Positions 52,770 to 64,000 of a DNA stretch of 64,000 bases are shown piece after piece; position 1 is the stretch's first letter; the number at the start of each line of letters is the position of its first letter. The stretch lies in the NCBI RefSeq assembly GCF_009914755.1, contig NC_060933.1. One strand, 5' to 3'. The notes beneath the pieces are model-generated. The model saw only the letters and a program-made list of their open reading frames with translations, did no database searches and was not told the DNA's origin. The position numbers and the translations under genes are program-made. This DNA comes from the human T2T-CHM13v2.0 reference genome, Homo sapiens.

Positions 52770-54100
52770 TTCACTCATTCATTCAACAAACATTCATTGA
52801 GCACCTACTACATGCCCTTGCTGAGGGTAGGAGGGGATACAACAATGAAGAAAACCAGGCATGATCCCTGTGTTTAGGGATGCCCAGCCCGGGAGCATGA
52901 CACATCCATCCAGTGATCACACATTGAAGATGCCATCACCAACTGCAACGGACACCATAAAGGAAAGTGACTTGAGCCATGGGTGTGTCATGTGGGAGGC
53001 CAGGGAAGCCTTCCCTGAGGAAATGACATTAGGCTTCCATTGGGAGAAGTTAACTGGGCCAAGGAATGGAGAAAAGTGTTCTGAAGAGGGGAAACTGGTA
53101 TGCAAAGGCTGTGTCGTGGGAAGAAGCGTTGTATATTTGAGGATCTGGAAGTTGGCTGGAGTGGCTGGAGGCAGAGAGGGATGGGGAAGATGGCAAGAAA
53201 TGAGGCTAGGGCCAGGCATGGTAGCTTATGCCTGTAATCCCAGCACTTTGAGAGGCTAAGGCGGGTGGATCACTTGAGGCCAGGAGTTCAATACCAGCCT
53301 GGCCAACATAGTGAAACCCTGTCTCTACCAAAAATACAAAAATTAGTTGGTTGCAGTGATGCATGCCTGTAATTCCAGCTACTCAGGAGGCTGAGGCACA
53401 AGAATCGCTTGAAGCCAGGAGGTGGAGGTTGCAATGAGCCGAGATCGTGCCACTGCACTCCAGCCTTGGGCAACAGAGTGAGACTCTGTTCTCCTGCCAA
53501 GAAAAAAGAAATGAGGCTGGGGAGATGGGTAGGACCTGACCACCCAGGATCTTGGAGGCCACATGATGGCAACAAGAAACCATTGAAGCTTTGAACAGAA
53601 GTGAGGGTGATATGATTGGATCTGTGCTTTGAAAACCTAATGAGGAGAACTAGTAGATAGGGACCCACATGGAGAGGGGCCAGGTGGATGCATGGAACAA
53701 GTTCAGTTCTTAGCGAAGTCCAGGCAAGAGACCACAGTGTCTGCACTGGGCTGGAGATAAACATTTGGGAATCATCTGCATAAGGACAGTGGTTGAAGCC
53801 ATGGCCTGGGTGTAGTTCAAGTTGCCTGTGCAGAGAGTCTAGAAAAATAAGAGGGACTCAGACAGTCTCAAACTCCAAGTTTTACAGCCCAGGGGAGTCA
53901 GATGAGGTAGCCAAGGAGGAGAAGTGACCAGAGAACTAGGGGACAAACTGGGAGAGTATGGTAAGATGGAAGGGAACAGAAGTTTCTGTGGGGTTAAGTA
54001 TTGCCAAGAGATCAGGAGAGATGGAGGTGGAAATGTATCCTATGGTGTTACCAACAAGGAGGTCATTGGTGACCTTCCCGAGAGCCATTAGGAAATACTG
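52770..54100 (-). mobile_element. L2 interrupted by AluS (53210-53510, TSD AAGAAATGAGGCT)
   Basis: TCATTCATTCAACAAACATTCATTGAGCACCTACTA terminus; GGAGGTCATTGGTGACCTT. Confidence 0.82.
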
Positions 54101-54106
54101 CAGATC

Positions 54107-54447
<341 letters not shown>

Positions 54448-55109
54448 CTAGGCCGTTTGCATGGGACAAAGTGCCCCAGTGGCTAATGTCCATGTCACCA
54501 GGATAATATTACATTGTCCAGAGAGATCTGAACCAAAGAAGATTGGCACATTAGCTCAGAAAATCTCATTGGAACCCTTGAAGTACATGTTGTTCTTTTC
54601 CAGTGACCATATAGCCCTGTCAACTTTATATATTTGTTAGCTTGTACAACATGTAACATTAGCCAATTCATCGTCTAGAGTCTGAACCATAAGCAATTTG
54701 CTATCCTGTGTGTTGCCTTGATGGAAGAACTCGACAAGTGGACATACGTGGATTTTGCAGATATAGTGCAGACGATGCCTTTGGCAAATCACTCCAGACA
54801 CATCCCTTGGGGAAGGTGCTGCAGGCTCTGTCGCCCCTACAGATGGAAGCTGACAAGGAAAAGACGGGTCCAGATTGGAATCCCTGGGCTACATGTGAGA
54901 ACAGACTGGAGGGTGCCAGAGCGGATGGGCAGACAGAGAGGAGGGTCTTTAGTTCTACAGTGTTGTACAGCGCCTCACTCAGGGGGTGGCACAAAGGACA
55001 GGAGGAAAGAGCCCCAGAAGCACTAACTTCATGCATATTTTTGACCTTCTCATCTCCTGGGCCAGCCTCCCTGGGTGTGGTTTTGTTCAGAACTGGAGAA
55101 CGCGCCTGA

Positions 55110-56536
<1,427 letters not shown>

Positions 56537-57335
56537 CCCCGAGCACTCTTTGACTTTGAAGTTCACATTCCCATCAAGAACACTCAATGAAGACCAAGCA
56601 GTCAGTCCAGCAGGTGGTGGGGTTGCTTTTTCCTTTTGACAGTTTGGAATGATCCCTTTTGGTTTCTGAGTTTTTGGGTCACTCTGTCCTTTTCTTCATT
56701 CAATAAACCTTCCTGAGGCCAGGCCTCTTGCAGGTGGTGGGGCTGCAAGGTTTGCGACCTGGAAGAGCTCACAGTCTGCTCCAGGACACAGACCCATAGC
56801 AAGGTGCAACAATCTACAATATGATAAATATAGATGGTGGAGTGGGTGGGTTCTGTGGGAACCCTCTGCTTTCCATGGGCTGGAATGCCTGAGCTGGATT
56901 ATAATAGGAGAAGTAGGCACTGACTGGGTAGAGATAGGGAGGACAGACATTCTAGGAAGAGTAAACAGTGTGTGCAAATTCCTGGGGCATGATAGAGCTT
57001 GGTGGACTTGGGAGACCTGGTTGTATGGTGGTGCTTGGGCGGGGGCAGTCTCAGCTGACTGGGACTAGGGTGTGAAGGACCCCAGTGAAGATTGCAGACT
57101 GGGCTATTCATGTTCTTAAGATTTACTGAGCACTTCCTCATGAGCCAGTCTTTGTGCTAGGTATTTCCCAGAAAGGATGACCAGGTTATTAAAATACGGA
57201 AACTGAAGTTCGGAGTAGGACTGGGTTTTATGTGGCCTCCCACCATGACTCTCTGCACCTTAAAAAAAAAAAGTGATGAAGAATAAAACAAACACTGTGT
57301 GTCTCCTATCCTGGTCAAGAAATAAAACCAAGCAT

Positions 57336-59530
<2,195 letters not shown>

Positions 59531-60338
59531 ATTGTACATTTTGGGGTCCTTAGCACCTCCTCTCTCGAATTAGAGGAGTGCTAGTGACTTCCTGAGAGTA
59601 GAAACTTGTGTTCACCTTTGCAGCTCTCTCATCACGTTTTACATGAACATCTACATAATGCTTTTGTTTACAAAAGGGTTTCTTGCATACTATCTCTTGG
59701 AGTTCTAAAACTCCCTTTTTGCAGAAGATAAAACTGAGGCAGAAGGTAAAACTGAGAAGATAAAACAGAGGTAAGATGATTTGCCAAGGTCGCACAGCCA
59801 GAAAGTGTTGGATTAGGGGTTCTATAAGATTTCAAAGCCACCCTGTGCATCCATCGCATATGCTCCGAAGACTTCCACTGACCCTGGTATCGGATTTCAC
59901 TCCTTCCTGCCTTCATTCAACAAGTAGCTCCTGAGTGATGACCGTGCCAGCTTCTGGTGGGTGCTGGGGCTGAGACCCCATTTCCGGGAGGCTCTTCCCA
60001 GTGCTGGAGACCGGTGGGAAGGGTGAGACAGTAGATGGACATTTTATGGGACATCGTCTGCGGCTTGGCATCAGCATCAAGTCGCGCCAGGTTTCAGAGC
60101 CAATTTAAAGAGCCCCATTTTTGGCGTGCAGTTGGGCCCAGGCGCTGTCTTCAGAGAGGACGCTGGCTTCCCCCTGGAATTACAGGCGTCCTCCCGCCCT
60201 CCCGCCTCGAGAGGCAGGAATGCGAAGGATCAGCTTTCAGCAGAGCTCCGGCTGCCGTTCGGGGAGTTCACCGTGCAGGCCCGTCCCCAGCGGCCGAATT
60301 AACTGGTTCTGTCTGTACGACTGGGAGAGCAGCTCTCG

Positions 60339-60348
60339 CTAAAAATAG
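60339..60348. promoter_or_regulatory. MEF2 consensus site
   Basis: CTAAAAATAG, an exact YTA(W)4TAR match, standing out as an AT patch inside the CpG island about 200 bp 5' of ATG 60551. Confidence 0.5.
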
Positions 60349-60550
60349 CGCCCTGCCCAGCTCGACCTGCGAGCCGCCGTTGGATTCTGAGCCGGGACGG
60401 CTCAAGGAGCCGGGAGCCCTGCACACCCCTCACCCCGGGCCTGGCCCGGGACCGACCACGGAGGCGGAGGCCGCGGGCACCGCGCTGGCCCCACAGGTGC
60501 CGCGGAGGGTGGCAGGCCCGCTGGCCGAGGCACTGCCGAGGCCGTCCGAG

Positions 60551-60653
60551 ATGGGAGCTGGCGGTGCCTCCTTCCGCGCCCTCGCCTGGGCCTCCCTGCC
60601 CCTGCTGGGGCCTCCAGCCTGCGCGCTCTGCGAGGACACGCTCTGCTGCGGAG
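60551..60653 (+). CDS. DAB2IP: Putative alternative first coding exon of DAB2IP (MGAGGASFRALAWASLPLLGPPACALCEDTLCCG + 1 nt)
   Basis: gagATGG strong Kozak within a CpG island; 103 nt = 34 codons + 1; donor GAG|GTAAGG; same phase and same last base (G) as the 29204 exon. Confidence 0.6.
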
Positions 60654-61239
60654 GTAAGGCCGTGCGCCTCCAGGCGCGCCCTCGCCCTACGCGGGCACTT
60701 GCCCGGGGCCTGTTTCTCCTCCTTGGCCCCAGATCCGCGACTGGCGGCAAGGTGAGGACGAACACAGGCATCCGCGTAGGGCTGGGAAAAGGAGGCAGGA
60801 GCTCTCAGCAAACCCACCTTTAGCTGGAAAACGTCGCTGTCCCGCCACCACGGTCCGAAAAGCGTTCGCCCCGCTCTGGCCTCAGTGTGCCTATCTGGGA
60901 AATGGGTCAATAAGATAGTCACGCTTTAATATTCAGTCACGCTTGCTGAAGCGGGTCGCAGACGTTCGCGGGACGTTCCCTCCAGCCAGCTGGAGTCCTC
61001 GGGAGTTTCTGTTGGTGGGAGTGCTGGGGTGCCTTCCCTGTGACACCCCGCACTGTCCCCTTCCCAAGCTCTAGTTCCCCCCATTAGTCCCCGGCTCCTG
61101 AGGTTGGAGATCCACGCAGGGCGCACATAAAAGTTTAAGGGGTCAGCGGATGCGGGAAGATTCTAGCGGGAAGGGGAGCTGTAGGGTGGAAGAGGGATAA
61201 GTAAAGCAAAGTCGCGGCCCACTCCTCGGTCCCGTACCC

Positions 61240-61560
61240 TCATAGCGCCGAAACGGAAGCAGAGGTTATCTCTGGACTCCTGGAGGCCTGGGGACTCCGG
61301 GAGGGGAGGGGGCGTGTGGTCCCGCCGGCATCTCGGGCCGGCACCAGGCTGGGGAGCGTGTGCTCGGAGCGGAGGGCCTCGGCTCTGCCCAGTCCGGCCT
61401 GGGCGGGGCGGTGGTGGGGAGGTCGATTGACCAAACAGGTGCGCCCCCGCCCCTCTGCTCCCCGCCCGCGCTGGGTCCCGGGCCTGGCGGGCGGAGCTGT
61501 GGGCGGCTGGGCCTGCGATTGGCAGGGCTGGGCAGGCCGGGTGGCCGCGGGAGCCCGGGA
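61240..61560 (+). promoter_or_regulatory. GC-box/CCAAT proximal promoter
   Basis: ETS-like CGGAAG at ~61255; several Sp/KLF boxes (GGGGGCGTG ~61308, GGGCGGGGCGG ~61400, CCCCGCCC ~61445 and ~61460); inverted CCAAT (CGATTGGC) at 61516-61523. Confidence 0.7.
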
Positions 61561-61793
61561 GCCGTAGAGCGGCGGCGCCGGGGGAGGCGCGGAGCCGGCC
61601 GTAGCGCGCTCCTGCCTGGCCAGCCGCCTACTCCGCCCGCCCCGCTCCACTCGGCCCAGCTGGCGCGAAGGAAACTTTCCTGCAGCCGCCCGGCGACACC
61701 GCGACTCCGCCGCTTCGCAACCCTGGCCCTGGGCCGCTCAGGCTCCGGAGCCTTTGGGATGGCAGCGCCCAGCGGCCCGGCCCGCGCGTAGAG
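61560..61793 (+). other. Putative non-coding first exon with a 10-codon ORF (MAAPSGPARA*)
   Basis: Lies just 3' of the GC-box cluster; gggATGG at 61759, TAG at 61789-61791, donor GAG|GTAAAA at 61793/61794. The 5' end is a guess. Confidence 0.45.
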
Positions 61794-63913
61794 GTAAAAG
61801 CTGGGGGCCGCGGCTCAGGTGGAGGGGGGCTCGGTGGTTTGCCGGGATCCGAGCGGCATCCCGGGTTCGAGAGGATCCGGGGGCTCCGATGCGAGGTGTT
61901 GGGGTAGGGGACTGAGGAATGGGCGGCGACTTTGCTTTATTTACCCCGCTTTTCCCCTACAGTCCCCTCTCCCGCAAGGAAATCTGCGCGATGCATTGAG
62001 CCTTTAAACTTTCCTGTGCACCCTGCCCAGATCTCGACCGCCGGGACCCAGGGCTGGCGCTGGGTTCTTGGGAGAGTACAATACAGGGGATCGCGAGGAA
62101 GGCGCCCCCAGCTGGGGCCCGCGGGCGGCGGGAGTTGGGGGTGGGTGGTGCCAGCCTACCGATCCCCAAGGCTTCCAGCGGTCTCCCAAACTTCAGACCT
62201 TCCTCAGCTCACCCTGGGAATTGGTGATAGGGCAGCCAACCAAACCTCTCTATCCAGAGCCAGGCACCCTCTGGGGCACCCAAGTTTTGGGTGTTTTTGT
62301 TCAATCCTGGCCAATCCTAAATTATCAGGGAGGCGATTGGCAGGGCTGGGTCGTTGAAGTGAGGTCTCTTTTCCGTTTCCTGGGCTGCTCTGGACCCCAC
62401 CTTCCGTGAAAACACCTTGGGCTAAGCAGAGTGGGAACAGGGACCAACGCCACCTGCTTCCAGTGCTCAGCCTGGTGGGAATGACTGCAGGGTGTTCTGG
62501 TCTCAGGATGGTCCACTCTTGAGCTATCTGGTGTGAGCCATATGGAAACTCCTCTCCCTCTGGCCCCTTCTGCTATTAAGGAGGGAAATTTTACCTTAAT
62601 TTTGATTGTGAGTGGGTGAGTAGGTAGCTTGTCACCAATAAGGACCAATCTTTAACATTAGTCCTCCTTAATGTTAACTCCTTTCCGTGTTTTACTGACC
62701 CAGGACAGAATACCTAAGAGTAAAAAAATGGAACCAAACACCTAGCTCTGGAGCCCAGGGAATCTGGGTTCCAACATCAGCCCCTGCTGCTCACTAGCTG
62801 TGTATCTGTGGGCAGGTTTCCTAACCTCTCAGAGCTCAAGGGTCCCGTCCAAGGGGGATATAGGGAGGTTTTTTCGAGGTGAGGCGTAGAAGGCGCCTGG
62901 CTCGTAGGACAGCCATCTTAAGCAGCCGATCTATACCCTGGAGCCTGTGCCCTCTTGCTGTCTGAGAGAGCCAGCATCCTTGTGCCTCAGTTTCCTCTCC
63001 CCCAGAAAGTTGGTAAGGACCAGCCCCTCTTAATCAGCCCTTTTGAGAAAAGTGCACAGATGCACACACCCACAATTTCAGTGGGTTTGTAGGCTCAGGT
63101 TTAAACAGCCTCACACATTCTTATCCCTGCAATGAACTATTCAGAATGTACAAGGCTTCTGTCTATCTTGATCTTTCCCCCTTTCCCCACCCCTTTTAGA
63201 CACCTGGAGGTAACTATTGTAAATGGCAAGGAAGAGCAAATGAACTAAATAACCAGCATGATGGGGAAAAGGGCTGACCTGCAGAACCTGGCCCAAAGTC
63301 ACCTTCAAGATCACCTGGCCCTCCTATCCCCGCATTCTTCCTTCCCTGGTGCTGTGTCCCCACTTGGTGAACATCTAGTCTTTTTTGCTAGGATCCTCTA
63401 GTGACGGTGAGTTCACTAGACAGTTGGTTTCATGATTGGGAAACTCTTGGTTTCATGATTGAGCAACATTCTTCCTGTTTGGGACAGAAATCTTTGTCTC
63501 TATGACTTCTATCCACTGGTTCTGGAACAACCCTTGGGGCATTTCTTACTGTCTCAATTATTCACTGTGGTCCCCTGGTGCCTGGCATTCTGTTCCATCC
63601 CTTCAGCATTCAACACACAGGCACTGAGGTTGGTAATGATCATAGCACTATTTATTGAGTGTTTATTATATGCCAGACCCTGCCCTGAGGACTTTACACA
63701 TATTATTTTCTTGCACCCATAAAACAAACCCATGAGGTTGATTATTTTCTTATCCTTATTTTGCATATAAGAAACAGGTTTAGAGAGGTTAAGGGACTTA
63801 CCCAAGATCCTACAACTGGTAAGGGGCTGGCTGGGCTGTGCACCAAACTCAGCATCTGTATCTGTCTTTAGAGCACATGCTTCGCTTTTGATCCTTGCTT
63901 GCATACATGCCTT

Positions 63914-63948
63914 TGTGTGTGTGTGTGTGTGCGCGCGTGCGTGTGTGC
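63914..63948. repeat. (TG)n(CG)n alternating purine-pyrimidine tract
   Basis: Direct reading, about 35 bp. Confidence 0.9.
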
Positions 63949-64000
63949 TCCTGGGACTGGTGTGTGCCAGCAATGCTTTTATCACAAGCACCTAGAGCAC

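Larger units (their letters stand above)
60030..62170. promoter_or_regulatory. CpG island, intragenic alternative promoter region
   Basis: Dense CpG, very high GC, no interspersed repeats; two sub-peaks at about 60180-60990 and 61210-62170. Confidence 0.88.

Noticed and set aside
60299-61791. Long ORFs in the CpG island (60299-60922 minus, 61240-61650 minus, 61360-61791 plus, and the unspliced 262-aa 60035-60823)
   Set aside because: Arg/Gly/Pro/Ala-rich with no recognisable domain; expected from stop-codon scarcity in GC-rich DNA. Only the 60551-60653 segment has Kozak, donor and phase support.
62990-63020. Acceptor-like ccccAG followed 7 nt later by GTAAGG
   Set aside because: Too short, not frame-preserving, and the pyrimidine tract looks MIR-derived.

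Overview
Human (primate) euchromatic DNA, GC-rich and very Alu-dense (about 50 Alu/FLAM/FAM pieces plus MIR, L2, old L1, MaLR/ERV LTRs and hAT transposons). The one coding sequence I recognise is a first coding exon of the Ras-GAP DAB2IP (chr9q33): ATG at 29204 encodes MEPDSLLDQDDSY and ends at a phase-1 GT donor (29243/29244). Bases 1-~29000 are therefore upstream region and ~29244-64000 are the long first intron; the shared downstream exons are not in the window. The main candidate discovery is in the CpG island at ~60.0-62.2 kb. It holds a putative alternative first coding exon (ATG 60551, donor 60653/60654) in the same phase 1, which would give DAB2IP a Gly2/Cys-rich N-terminus (MGAGGAS...CALCEDTLCCG) that could be myristoylated and palmitoylated. 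A third, GC-box/CCAAT promoter follows, with an exon carrying only a 10-codon ORF. Other points of note are stacked uORFs in the 29.1 kb leader, two upstream CpG-rich patches with CTCF-like motifs (one containing a 39-nt exon-like cassette), and a local rearrangement at 50.6-53.7 kb (an inverted plus a direct duplication, both ~91-92% identical). Nearly all ORFs in the supplied track are Alu, simple-repeat or GC-content artefacts. Repeat family calls and boundaries are by eye and approximate.
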